Positions 18,973-27,955 are shown, counted from the stretch's first letter. The stretch: DNA of 46,365 nt from Candidatus Asbonarchaeum danakilense (GCA_034190465.1 JAXINV010000013.1:1-46365), one strand, 5' to 3'. Numbers and translations: made by a program. The notes: generated by a model not told the origin, from the sequence alone.

Positions 18973-20666
18973 ACATCTTCGAACGGTACGCCCGGCTCCT
19001 GGTCGACAACCAGATCATCGTCCTCTTCCTCGCAGTCGCCGTCATCGTCGGCTCACTGCTCAGCGCCCAGTACATCGAGACCACCGCCCCCCAGTACGAC
19101 GAGATGGTCCCCGACGACATCCCCGCCATCGAAGCGCTCGACTTCGCCTCCACCGAGTTCGGGGTCTCCTCCCAGTCCGTCCTCGTCGTTGTCCAGCTCC
19201 AGCCCCGTCACAACGGCACAGGGATACGCGACATCCGCCACCCGGCCGTCCTCCGATACATCGACGTCCTGGCGCAGAAGTTCGAGACCCTGCCCACCGT
19301 CAACGACGCCACCTCCCTCGTCGACCTCATCAAGCCGCGGAACAACGGCACGCTGCCCCACACCACGACAGCCGTCATCGACGCCATCCAGCAGCAGCCC
19401 GGCGCCAACATCAGCACCCCCGACCCCATCGAGGTCCTCGGCACCTCCCGGACCGCCCTGCAGAAGATACAGAGCGCGCTCCAGGCCCAGCAGCAGGGAC
19501 TGACCAACCTCAGCCAGGGACTACTGGCGCAGCAGAGCGGACTGCAGGCGATCAAATACAACCTCGGACGGATCGAAGACAACCTTAACCAACTGGAAGA
19601 TTCCGGCGACGTCTCACAGCTCCTCGACGTCATCGACCTCACACAGCAGCTCGTCCAGGCTTCATCAGCGACAGCAGCGGAGAAACAGGCCATCCTCGGC
19701 AACCTCACCATCGTCGAGAACGGCGTCAAGGACCTGGGCGAGGGGCTTGACAGCATCGAAGGCGCCGCTTCCCAGGGCACAGCCGCCATGGACCGTATCC
19801 AGACTGCGCTGGAGCGCTCCATCGACGGCATCGAGCAGCTCCAGCAGGCAGCAGTGCATCTCAACCAGAGCACCGGCCGCCTCAGCCGTCAGGTCGGGTC
19901 CGTCGCCGACGGCCTGGCTCGGTTGCAGCAGTACCTCAGGTTCTACGTCGACACCAGAAGCGACCGGCCGACAAGCAGGGACCGGTTCGACCAGTACCTC
20001 AGCGACGACAACAGCCTCACAATCATCCGGCTTCAGGTCAAGGACCTCAGCAGCTCGGAGCTGACCAGATTCGTCAACGACGTCAACCACATCATCCAGT
20101 CGACCGATGCCCCCTCCGGCATCACCGCGGCAGCCACCGGCTTCCCGTTCATCTTCGCCGACCTCCAGCAGCAGACACTGCCCACCGTCAAGCGGACCTC
20201 CAGCCTCTCAGTCGTCATCATCTTCATCGTCCTCGTGACGTTCTTCTCCTCGCTCCGCTACGGCGTGACCGCGTTCCTCACCATCGTCATCGGCGAGATC
20301 ATCACCATCGGCATGCTCGCCCTCCTCCGGATCCCGATCAGCAGCGAGATGGCCGGCGCCGTCTCCATGATCATGGCCGTCGGCGACGACTTCGGCGTCC
20401 AGGTCACCTCCAGGTTCCGCAAAGAACTCCGCGACGCCTCCCCTGAAGAGGCCATCACCGAGGCACTGTCCTCGACCATGGTCCCGATGAGCATCACCAC
20501 CGTAGGCCTCCTCATCGGTTTCCGGGCGATGTCACTGGGGCAGCTCACGTTCCTTGCCGCGCTGGGTAATATGCTGACCATCGGCGTGCTCGCCACATTC
20601 CTCGTCGCGGTCACGATCATACCCGTCTTGCTGGTCATCGGCGCGAACAGGTTCGGGGACCAGTAG
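18966..20666 (+). CDS. MMPL/RND transporter, half-size subunit 2, with extracellular coiled-coil insertion (ORF track start 18945)
   Basis: ATGFP, MAVGDDFGVQV..RFRKE, TTVGLLIGF; Q/L-rich heptad region in the extracellular loop. Confidence 0.88.
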   Translation: MVDIFERYARLLVDNQIIVLFLAVAVIVGSLLSAQYIETTAPQYDEMVPDDIPAIEALDFASTEFGVSSQSVLVVVQLQPRHNGTGIRDIRHPAVLRYIDVLAQKFETLPTVNDATSLVDLIKPRNNGTLPHTTTAVIDAIQQQPGANISTPDPIEVLGTSRTALQKIQSALQAQQQGLTNLSQGLLAQQSGLQAIKYNLGRIEDNLNQLEDSGDVSQLLDVIDLTQQLVQASSATAAEKQAILGNLTIVENGVKDLGEGLDSIEGAASQGTAAMDRIQTALERSIDGIEQLQQAAVHLNQSTGRLSRQVGSVADGLARLQQYLRFYVDTRSDRPTSRDRFDQYLSDDNSLTIIRLQVKDLSSSELTRFVNDVNHIIQSTDAPSGITAAATGFPFIFADLQQQTLPTVKRTSSLSVVIIFIVLVTFFSSLRYGVTAFLTIVIGEIITIGMLALLRIPISSEMAGAVSMIMAVGDDFGVQVTSRFRKELRDASPEEAITEALSSTMVPMSITTVGLLIGFRAMSLGQLTFLAALGNMLTIGVLATFLVAVTIIPVLLVIGANRFGDQ

Positions 20667-20697
20667 CGATAAAAGCGTCGTCCCCTCCCTTGCCAGC

Positions 20698-21216
20698 ATG
20701 AGCCCCAGCCCCGACCTGCCGTTCGAACCCGACGACGGCTCCATCGACTACGTCAGCCCGGACAACGAATACATGCAGGCCGCGAAGGACGTTGCACGCG
20801 AGGAATCCATCGACAGTCATCCCGCAGGCGCCGTCATCGTCAAGCATGACAGCATCCTCGGCAGCGGAGCCAACGGATCGGACTACCACGACAACAACGA
20901 ATGTGTGCGGGAACGGCTGAAGGAACAGGGGGAGATCGCGTCCGGCGAAGGCTACGAACGGTGCGAGGGATGTCACCCGAAGAACCACGCCGAACCGACC
21001 GCCATCCAGGACGCCCACGACCAGGGCAACGACGATCTCGACGACGCAGACCTCTACCTCTGGGGCCACTGGTGGGCCTGCGAGTGGTGCTGGGACGAGA
21101 TGCTCGACGAAGGCATCGACCAGCTCTACCTCCACGAAGACAGTAAAGAACTGTTCAACAAGGACAGCGATGACTACGTCTTCGCCGACGGCCCTGAGAT
21201 CAAAGCATCAATCTGA
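20698..21216 (+). CDS. CMP/dCMP-type Zn-dependent deaminase
   Basis: GAVIVK....G-G-NG, NHAE..AI and WACEWC (HAE/CxxC) motifs. Confidence 0.88.
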   Translation: MSPSPDLPFEPDDGSIDYVSPDNEYMQAAKDVAREESIDSHPAGAVIVKHDSILGSGANGSDYHDNNECVRERLKEQGEIASGEGYERCEGCHPKNHAEPTAIQDAHDQGNDDLDDADLYLWGHWWACEWCWDEMLDEGIDQLYLHEDSKELFNKDSDDYVFADGPEIKASI

Positions 21217-22119
21217 CAGGTCGTCCAGCACCTTCTCCTTCCACGCCTCCGCCGCCTCGTACCGCTCCTCTTCCTCGTCCGAATCAGGGTCCAGCGACGG
21301 TACAGACATCGGGCCATCATCGTCCACAGCCACGAACGTCAGGTAGGCACTGCCCGTGTCCCGGATCTCCGCTTCCTGCGCATCCTCCGCGTGGACATCC
21401 ACCGCCACCACCATCGACGACGAGCCGACATAGTCCACGTTCGCGTCCATCACCAGCAGATCATCCGTGTACACCGGCTCCTCAAAACTCATCGTATCCA
21501 GCGACGCCGTGACGACGCTCTCCTCCGCGTAACGTTCCGCCGCAGCCGACGCCACCTCGTCCATCACACTGAGGATCGCCCCGCCGAACACCTTGTCCTT
21601 CTCATCCGCGTGCCGGGGCCGCATCCGCGTGACCGTGCCCTCGATATCCCAATCGTCCGGATCCGGCAGCGAGCCACGGGAATGCGCCTTTGCCTCCTCC
21701 TTCCACGCCTCCGCCGCCTCGTACCTGTCCTCATCGTCCTCCGTGTCCAGATCCAGGTCCGGCACCGTGACCGTGTCCCCATCATCGTCCTGCGCCACGT
21801 ACGTCAGATAGGCGCTGGCCGTCGCCGTCCCCGTGTCCGCCACCTTGACATCGACAGCCACAGTCAGCGACGTGTCACCGACGTAATCGACCCGTGTCTC
21901 GTACACAAGTTCATCGTCAGTGTCGACCGGTTCCTCAAAGCTCATCCGGGTGATCGACGCCGTCACGACGTCTTCCTCCGCGTATGCAGCCGCCGTCCAC
22001 GAGGCGTACCGGTCCATCGACCGAAGGATATCCCCGCCGAACACGTTGCCATGCGAGTTCGCGTTCGCCTCGTCCATCTGCTCCGTATCCGTCCGCTCCA
22101 GCGGCTGCTTCGGGGCCAT
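21208..22119 (-). CDS. Acyl-CoA thioesterase, tandem hotdog fold (YciA-like)
   Basis: Two repeats of VFGG-IL..MD...A...VVTAS...SFEEPV...VDYVG..S..V.V; start reassigned to 22119. Confidence 0.9.
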   Translation of the reverse strand: MAPKQPLERTDTEQMDEANANSHGNVFGGDILRSMDRYASWTAAAYAEEDVVTASITRMSFEEPVDTDDELVYETRVDYVGDTSLTVAVDVKVADTGTATASAYLTYVAQDDDGDTVTVPDLDLDTEDDEDRYEAAEAWKEEAKAHSRGSLPDPDDWDIEGTVTRMRPRHADEKDKVFGGAILSVMDEVASAAAERYAEESVVTASLDTMSFEEPVYTDDLLVMDANVDYVGSSSMVVAVDVHAEDAQEAEIRDTGSAYLTFVAVDDDGPMSVPSLDPDSDEEEERYEAAEAWKEKVLDDLSD

Positions 22120-22219
22120 ACAGCATGAGGCGGCCGCCCGACCTAAAAACCTTTGCAGGTGTGAACCGCGCGGCTTACAGCTGTGAACGGATAAAAGCGT
22201 ACCGGGCCAAGAAGCGACC

Positions 22220-23047
22220 ATGGAGACATTGACCCTGCCCTACCGCTACCTCAACGGCGGCGAACCTGTCACCGAGTACGAGGACGTGCAGCTCGACCAC
22301 GACGAGGAGCGCCTGGAACTGGAGTTCCGCCCAGTCCGTACCAAGGGCGGCAGGGAACTGGACGGCTACCTGAACGAGCCCGACTATCTGGAACCGATTG
22401 ACCAGGTCGACGACCCTGAACAGGAGCTACTGCAGCGCCTCCCCGAGCTGGGGGCCATCGAGGACGACGAAAACCTGGAAGCGGTCATCGACACGTACGT
22501 CGACGACTGCCCGGACAGCTACTGGATCCAGCCCGCCTCCGGCTCAGGCAACCACCATCCGCCCGACGAACGCGGCGTGCACGGGCAGTGGATCCATACC
22601 AAGCGGATGCTGCACACCTACAGCCACCTCGCGCGGAGCGCTGAAGAGATGGAGGAAGACGCGGCGTACAGCCTGGACGAGGACGAAATACAGAACGGAC
22701 TGGTCGCGGCCGCCGTCCACGACATCCACAAGTTCGGCGTTGACGGTGGCGAGGAGATGGCCGTTCCCGATCACGACGTCACCGCCGCCAAGTACGTCCG
22801 GGAGCAGACAGACCTTCCCGACAAGGTAGCTGACGCTGTCAAGGCGCACAATGGTCCCTGGGGCGAGGGAAAAACCCCCGAGACCGACACCGAGGCGTTC
22901 GTCCATCTGGCAGACATGGACGTCGCAGCGACGGCATCGGAGAAACTGCTCGAGCGTCCGACCCCCGCCCTCAAGTTTGCCCAGCTGACGGCAGAGCTCG
23001 TGGAGTACGACGAAGACCTGGCCAGCTACGAGGTCATCTTCAGGTGA
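22220..23047 (+). CDS. HD-domain phosphohydrolase
   Basis: PAS-SG-HHP...G...HT, VHDIHK, DH, AHNGPW and VHLAD motifs. Confidence 0.85.
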   Translation: METLTLPYRYLNGGEPVTEYEDVQLDHDEERLELEFRPVRTKGGRELDGYLNEPDYLEPIDQVDDPEQELLQRLPELGAIEDDENLEAVIDTYVDDCPDSYWIQPASGSGNHHPPDERGVHGQWIHTKRMLHTYSHLARSAEEMEEDAAYSLDEDEIQNGLVAAAVHDIHKFGVDGGEEMAVPDHDVTAAKYVREQTDLPDKVADAVKAHNGPWGEGKTPETDTEAFVHLADMDVAATASEKLLERPTPALKFAQLTAELVEYDEDLASYEVIFR

Positions 23048-23105
23048 ACGAAGACCGCCAGTCTTAAAAGAGTCTTTGTTTCTTCCTCGTGACAACGGTG
23101 GAACG

Positions 23106-23513
23106 ATGCAGGAGCGGACATGGACCAGCGGCGACGCCACGGTGACAGTGACCGGCAAGGACCGGATCCAGGGCTACCACAGGGTCGAGATCGACGGCGA
23201 CAACACCTACAATATCAACTTCTGGAAGGACGGCGCGTTCAGCGTCGGCAGGAAAGGCTACAAGCTCAAGTCCAACGACAACCCCGGCATCTACCTCGAC
23301 CTGGAGACCGACGAAGGCGACGGCTTCAGAGAGCAGATCGAGCCCGGGAAAAGCGCCGAGACCAGCCACTACGCCGACCTCCGCGACATGGACGACGCGA
23401 CCGTGGAGGCGGCGGAGGAGACCGTCAACGACTACCTGGAACAGCAGGACGACCACGAAGCGCTCGACGCAGTCAACGACTTCTTCGACGACGTGAAAGA
23501 CGGCAGACTGTGA
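23106..23513 (+). CDS. Hypothetical acidic protein
   Basis: ORF with typical codon bias; start at MQERT. Confidence 0.7.
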   Translation: MQERTWTSGDATVTVTGKDRIQGYHRVEIDGDNTYNINFWKDGAFSVGRKGYKLKSNDNPGIYLDLETDEGDGFREQIEPGKSAETSHYADLRDMDDATVEAAEETVNDYLEQQDDHEALDAVNDFFDDVKDGRL

Positions 23514-23515
23514 CC

Positions 23516-24490
23516 ATGTTCGACGACTACGACCAGTTCGACACCGCGGACAGATTCCGTGACGGTCTGGCCGAGACCGACGACCTCGACGAACTCGCCG
23601 ACTACATGGAGACCGACAGCGGCCGGGAAGCGTACGAACAGGCGGACGAGATACTTGATGAGCTGTTCGAACAGGAGAAAGAACCGTTCTACCCACACGA
23701 TGTGCCGTCCTACGAAGTCACCGTCGACGACACCGACTACCGGATCCACCCGATCGTGCACGGGAGGCGGGCCTGGATGCGGCTGGACAACGGTGTCAAG
23801 CGCCGGTTCCGGGACGCCATCGACGACTACCTGGACCGGGGCGACGGGGTCCACGTCGAGGAAGGTGACATGGACCGCGCGTTCTTCGACGGCCTGGCCA
23901 CCGAAAAGATGGACGACCTGCGGTGGGCGAAACAGGAGCACCGGCTGCAGAAGGCGTCGTACGAGGCGAAAAAGCTTCCGCTGTTCGCCGTCGGGATCCC
24001 GCTGTACGCGAAAGACCGCCTGAAAGGCACCACCGAACGATGGGAGACCGACGCGCTGGACGACCTCGCCGGGCTCTACGAGGAGGCGGAGAAGACGCAC
24101 TTCAAGAAGCCGCTGCAGCAGCACGAGCAGGAGTACCTGGCAGAAGATCCCCTGCTGCCCGAGCTGGCGGTTATGGGTCCTGAGCGGTCGAAGCGGCAGG
24201 CGGACTACCTGGTGCACGAGGGCGACGCAGACACCGTCCACGCCGTCGTCGGGCTCGGCCACCTGAACGGCGTCCTGGGACGGCTGGAGGACTACCGTGA
24301 CGAGGAGCTGGAGGAAGACCCCGACTTCGAGCCGGTGGAGGATCGGCGTGCGTTCCGCTACATGGCGGCCGCTTCAGCCGTCGCCAGCATCGGGACCGTC
24401 GGGTCGGTCGCGGCAGGCCAGCCAGAGTGGGCGGCAGTGTTCGGCCCGGCGGCTGGCTGGACCGCGAGAGAAGCATGGGAACAGCGCTGA
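23516..24490 (+). CDS. Hypothetical protein with TraB/PrgY-like C-terminal motif and TM tail
   Basis: Start at ATG 23516 (MFDDYD); ERS..QA...AVVGLGHLNGV resembles the TraB VVG-GH motif; hydrophobic C-terminus. Confidence 0.6.
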   Translation: MFDDYDQFDTADRFRDGLAETDDLDELADYMETDSGREAYEQADEILDELFEQEKEPFYPHDVPSYEVTVDDTDYRIHPIVHGRRAWMRLDNGVKRRFRDAIDDYLDRGDGVHVEEGDMDRAFFDGLATEKMDDLRWAKQEHRLQKASYEAKKLPLFAVGIPLYAKDRLKGTTERWETDALDDLAGLYEEAEKTHFKKPLQQHEQEYLAEDPLLPELAVMGPERSKRQADYLVHEGDADTVHAVVGLGHLNGVLGRLEDYRDEELEEDPDFEPVEDRRAFRYMAAASAVASIGTVGSVAAGQPEWAAVFGPAAGWTAREAWEQR

Positions 24491-24700
24491 CTACTGGTGT
24501 GCTTCCTGCCCGTGCTTTTTGAGCTGCTGCTTCGAGTCGAAGCATTTCTGGCAGGCAGGACACATCCACATCCGGTTCAGGATCTCGCCCTGTCGGTCGC
24601 AGTCCTCCGTCCGGCAGACCGGCTTGTCGTCCTCGGCCTCGTCCACCGGCAGGAACTTCCGGCAGGACGGACAGATGAAGACCTCCTGTGGTTCAGGCAT
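24491..24700 (-). CDS. Small Zn-finger protein (CxxC, C-x4-C and C2H2)
   Basis: MPEPQEVFICPSC...CRTEDC...CPACQKCFDSKQQLKKHGQEAH; follows the tRNA on the same strand. Confidence 0.75.
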   Translation of the reverse strand: MPEPQEVFICPSCRKFLPVDEAEDDKPVCRTEDCDRQGEILNRMWMCPACQKCFDSKQQLKKHGQEAHQ

Positions 24701-24743
24701 GGCAGAAGGTGCGCCCCGGCGGGATAAAAAAGGTGGGAGAAGA

Positions 24744-25042
24744 TGGGGAGGGAGGGGTTCGAACCCTCGACCTCTGCGTATCTCACCAGCAGGCTCGACC
24801 TGCCGTGGATGGTGGTTGGTTTGTTGGCGTACCGCACGCGTCGCAGCGCACAGCGCCTGACTCAGATCATCGCACAACCCCACTCGCAGTTGGACCACAG
24901 ACAGACCCGAAGGGTCTGCGCCCGTCGAAGGCGGGCCGCGTTGCCAACTGCCGCGGCAGTTGCGCTCAGAGCTCACAACCGAACCAGCTCAGGGCTGTAA
25001 AGGTTATGAGCGCAGCGCTCTATCCACCTGAGCTACCTCCCC
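24744..25042 (-). tRNA. tRNA(CAU), elongator Met or Ile2, with a 225-nt intron at 37/38 (exon 1 25005-25042, intron 24780-25004, exon 2 24744-24779)
   Basis: GGGGAGG/CCTCCCC+A acceptor, GCTC/GAGC D stem, CTGCG/CGCAG anticodon stem with CT-CAT-A|A loop, GAGGG-TTCGAAC-CCCTC T arm. BHB has central helix CUCA/UGAG and bulges UA|A and AU|A. G1-C72 argues against initiator. Confidence 0.92.
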
Positions 25043-25160
25043 ACACGCACAGTGGCGTGGGCGATGGACCGGTTCCAGGGAACCGGTCGGACAGGACCCC
25101 ACCGTTGTACCGCCGGAATCCAGGCATGCAAGGGCCGGCCACATTTTTAAGTCGGTCGGG

Positions 25161-25370
25161 TCAGCCCTCATCGCTGAACGGCATCCGCTGCATCGTCGGC
25201 TCACAGTCCAGCCGGACATCCCCCAGCTCCTCATCGCAGCGGGCGCACCGTTCCGGCGGGTCCTCGCCACCGGTGAAGTACAGCGCGTTGCACGACGGAC
25301 AGAGCCCGCAATCGAAGATCGCCATGTCCCTGACGTGGTGCTTGTGGCCCTCGTTCGTCCCCGTCTCCAT
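25161..25370 (-). CDS. Small CxxC Zn-ribbon protein
   Basis: CPSC...CARC; TAATAAAA-like promoter about 22 nt upstream on the minus strand. Confidence 0.55.
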   Translation of the reverse strand: METGTNEGHKHHVRDMAIFDCGLCPSCNALYFTGGEDPPERCARCDEELGDVRLDCEPTMQRMPFSDEG

Positions 25371-25424
25371 GGGAACGACAGGGCAGCGTGACTTTTATTA
25401 GAGTTCCGCGCCAACTCAGGATCG

Positions 25425-26600
25425 ATGGCCACAGGCAGACGCAACCTGGTACTGGTTCTCATCGCCGTCCTCATAGGATTCCAGATAGGGTTCATCCTGC
25501 AGATGGACAGCCCCTTCCAGCCCGGTCAGAACACGAAGGATAGCCTCACGGACACCGACCAGGTCCGTGGCAACACGACCATCATCGAGCGGACCATCAA
25601 CTTCAACGGGACCACCGCACGGAGCAAGCTCTACAACGCCATCTTCCAGAAGGCACGTGACTCCGTCGTCGCCATAACAACACTCACCCAGCGTGAAAGC
25701 GGGCTCGTCCAGGTCGCGTCCGGATCCGGGTTCATCTACGACGAAAAGGGTCGGATCGTCACCAACAACCACGTCATCTCCAAAGGCTCCCAGTACGAGG
25801 TGCGGCTGCTCAACGGCAACGTCTACGACGCCAAGGTCATCGGCACTGACCCCTACACCGACCTGGCCGTGCTCGACATCGATGCAGAGGGGCTTGACCC
25901 CATCGAACTCGGCAACTCCTCCCAGCTCATGGTCGGCCAGTCCGTCCTCGCCATCGGTAACCCGTTCGGGCTCAGCGGCTCCATGACCGCCGGCATCGTC
26001 TCACAGACCAACCGGCTCCTGCCCGCGACCCAGGGCTTCTCCATCCCCAACGTCATCCAGACCGACGCCGCAATCAACCCCGGCAACTCCGGCGGACCAC
26101 TCCTCAACCTCCAGGCAGAGGTCATCGGCGTCAACACGGCTATTGATACTACCGCAAGCGGCTTCCAGGGCGTCGGATTCGCCATCCCCTCCAACACCGT
26201 CACACGGGTCGTCCCGGAGCTCATCCGCGACGGCAGCTACGAGCATCCGTGGATCGGTGTCGAGGGACGTGACATCACCCCTGCCATCGCCAACGCCATG
26301 GGACTACAGGAAGCACGCGGCTTCCTCGTCATCGACGTCGTCTCCGGCTCGCCCGCGGACAGGGCAGGGCTCCAGGGCGGGAACAACCCCGCCGTCGTCC
26401 GCGGCATGAACGTCACTCTCGGCGGCGACGTCATCGTCGGGATCGGCGGCCAGCCGGTCCGGAAGATCAACGACATCCTCAACTTCCTCGCCAAGGACGC
26501 CGAAGTCGGCGACACCGTCAGCCTAACCGTCATCCGGGACGACCAGCGCAGAGAACTCAGCCTCACCCTGGCCCAGCGGCCTGACACCGGCTCACAGTAG
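25425..26600 (+). CDS. htrA: HtrA/DegP-like trypsin serine protease with PDZ domain
   Basis: GSGF, VTNNHV, DLAV, IGNPFG, IQTDAAINPGNSGGPL, PDZ (GSPADRAGL, GGDVI); N-terminal TM. Confidence 0.95.
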   Translation: MATGRRNLVLVLIAVLIGFQIGFILQMDSPFQPGQNTKDSLTDTDQVRGNTTIIERTINFNGTTARSKLYNAIFQKARDSVVAITTLTQRESGLVQVASGSGFIYDEKGRIVTNNHVISKGSQYEVRLLNGNVYDAKVIGTDPYTDLAVLDIDAEGLDPIELGNSSQLMVGQSVLAIGNPFGLSGSMTAGIVSQTNRLLPATQGFSIPNVIQTDAAINPGNSGGPLLNLQAEVIGVNTAIDTTASGFQGVGFAIPSNTVTRVVPELIRDGSYEHPWIGVEGRDITPAIANAMGLQEARGFLVIDVVSGSPADRAGLQGGNNPAVVRGMNVTLGGDVIVGIGGQPVRKINDILNFLAKDAEVGDTVSLTVIRDDQRRELSLTLAQRPDTGSQ

Positions 26601-26637
26601 GGCCAAGATTTAAATCCTGGCAGCGCCACCTTTCTCT

Positions 26638-27216
26638 ATGGGCGCAGACAAGGTTCCAGACACATTCTTCGACAATCCCACGTACGACCGGTTCGAAACC
26701 CTTGTCAGCGACATCGCCGCACAGGACGAACGCGGACGTGACGAGGTCGCCGCCGACCTGTACCGCGAAATCGAGGACCGCGTCCCGCAGCGCCGTCTCC
26801 CCCGGAACGAATACGAAGAGGCCGTCGACGACCTCGTCGACCAGGCCAGCGACTACGACCCCGACGCCGTCGTCGGGATCAACCGGGGCGGCAACCCGCT
26901 CGCCACCGCGCTCAGCTACCGGCTCGACGTCTCGTACGGCACAGTGGACGCCACCCATTACGACGGCAAACAGCAGCTTGACGAGGTCAGCATCGACGGC
27001 GAGATGCTGCACAATGTCGAGGGCGACGTCCTCCTTGCCGACAACCTGGCAGACACCGGCAAGACCTTGGAAGCCGTCAGGAAGGAGCTCGACGGCCGGG
27101 ACGACATCGACCAGATCCGGACCGCGACCCTGCACAGGAAGCCACACAGCCAGGTCACACCTGACTACTACGTCGACGACGTCATCGCCTGGATCGTCTA
27201 CCCGTGGGAGGACTGA
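26638..27216 (+). CDS. Type I phosphoribosyltransferase (xanthine/hypoxanthine-guanine-like)
   Basis: VVGINRGG, VLLADNLADTGKT PRPP loop, PDYY....WIVYPWE. Confidence 0.88.
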   Translation: MGADKVPDTFFDNPTYDRFETLVSDIAAQDERGRDEVAADLYREIEDRVPQRRLPRNEYEEAVDDLVDQASDYDPDAVVGINRGGNPLATALSYRLDVSYGTVDATHYDGKQQLDEVSIDGEMLHNVEGDVLLADNLADTGKTLEAVRKELDGRDDIDQIRTATLHRKPHSQVTPDYYVDDVIAWIVYPWED

Positions 27217-27251
27217 CACATTTTTAACACTTCGTCAGCCAGTCACCCCGC

Positions 27252-27689
27252 ATGAAGGAGGTCGAAGGCGTCGTCGTCGCGCTGTACAAGCCCACCGGCG
27301 ACTACCACAGATTCGCCGTCCTGAAACGTGACGTTAACTGGGAGGGCTGGGAACTGCCGAAAGGCCGGCTCGACGACACCGAAGACCCGGAAAAAGCGGC
27401 CCGCCGGGAGATCAAGGAAGAGACCAGCATCGAACCCGTCTCCATCACCGACCTCGACGAAATCCACGAATGGGAGTACGAGCAGGACGGCGAGAAGCGC
27501 CATGCGAAGTACCACGCTTTCATGGCGGAGGCGCCAGAGAACGCGTTCATCGACGTCTCCGACAACCCCGACAAGGACGAGCACAGCAAAGGCCACTTCC
27601 TCAACCTCCGCGACACCAAGGACGTCCTCACCCACGAGAACCAGCGTGAACTGGTCGAGAAGGTCGCCGAGCGGCTCCAGGAACAGTAA
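27252..27689 (+). CDS. NUDIX hydrolase (Ap4A-hydrolase-like)
   Basis: WELPKGRLDDTEDPEKAARREIKEETSI; C-terminal EH motif. Confidence 0.9.
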   Translation: MKEVEGVVVALYKPTGDYHRFAVLKRDVNWEGWELPKGRLDDTEDPEKAARREIKEETSIEPVSITDLDEIHEWEYEQDGEKRHAKYHAFMAEAPENAFIDVSDNPDKDEHSKGHFLNLRDTKDVLTHENQRELVEKVAERLQEQ

Positions 27690-27779
27690 ACGATCTCCTA
27701 CCTTCTCCAAGTAAATTTCCCGCGCAGACCGCCACTTCCGGACATCATCACCCGTTAGTAACGTCCGGAGTCGGACCTG

Positions 27780-27817
27780 AAAGAAATAAAAGAGTGCCGG
27801 GGATGTAACCCCGGCAC
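27780..27817 (-). terminator. Hairpin plus U-tract terminator of a minus-strand transcript
   Basis: GTGCCGGGG-6nt-CCCCGGCAC (27794-27817) followed on the minus strand by TCTTTTATTTCTTT. Confidence 0.55.
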
Positions 27818-27955
27818 GGGAGGAGTCCGGTAGTCCGGACAAGAGTGACCATCCAACCCAGCGATGTAAAACAGGGTCCTGTTCCCACACCAGACCAGCG
27901 TGGAAACAGCCCTCACGGACCCGCCTCTGAGCACAGGACAGTCACCCGCCACCCA
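27794..27955 (-). ncRNA. Candidate structured small RNA of unknown family
   Basis: Nested helices 27936-27947/27843-27854 and 27898-27909/27879-27890 pair fully only on the minus strand (G.U pairs). Two more hairpins, a TTATAG upstream at about 27975-27980 and a U-tract downstream. Confidence 0.5.

Noticed and set aside
24780..25004. Group I intron in the tRNA (the G.U pair at U36 looks like P1)
   Set aside because: No terminal G at a position that restores the anticodon loop, no recognisable P7/R-S core, and a canonical BHB explains the splice sites.
26638..27216. DN instead of DD in the PRPP-binding loop
   Set aside because: Variation at this position occurs among type I PRTases and is not enough alone to claim a new function.
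27894..27912. ORB-like CCAGCGTGGAAACAG as a replication origin
   Set aside because: Single imperfect copy, no G-string or AT-rich unwinding element, and it is explained as one arm of an RNA helix.
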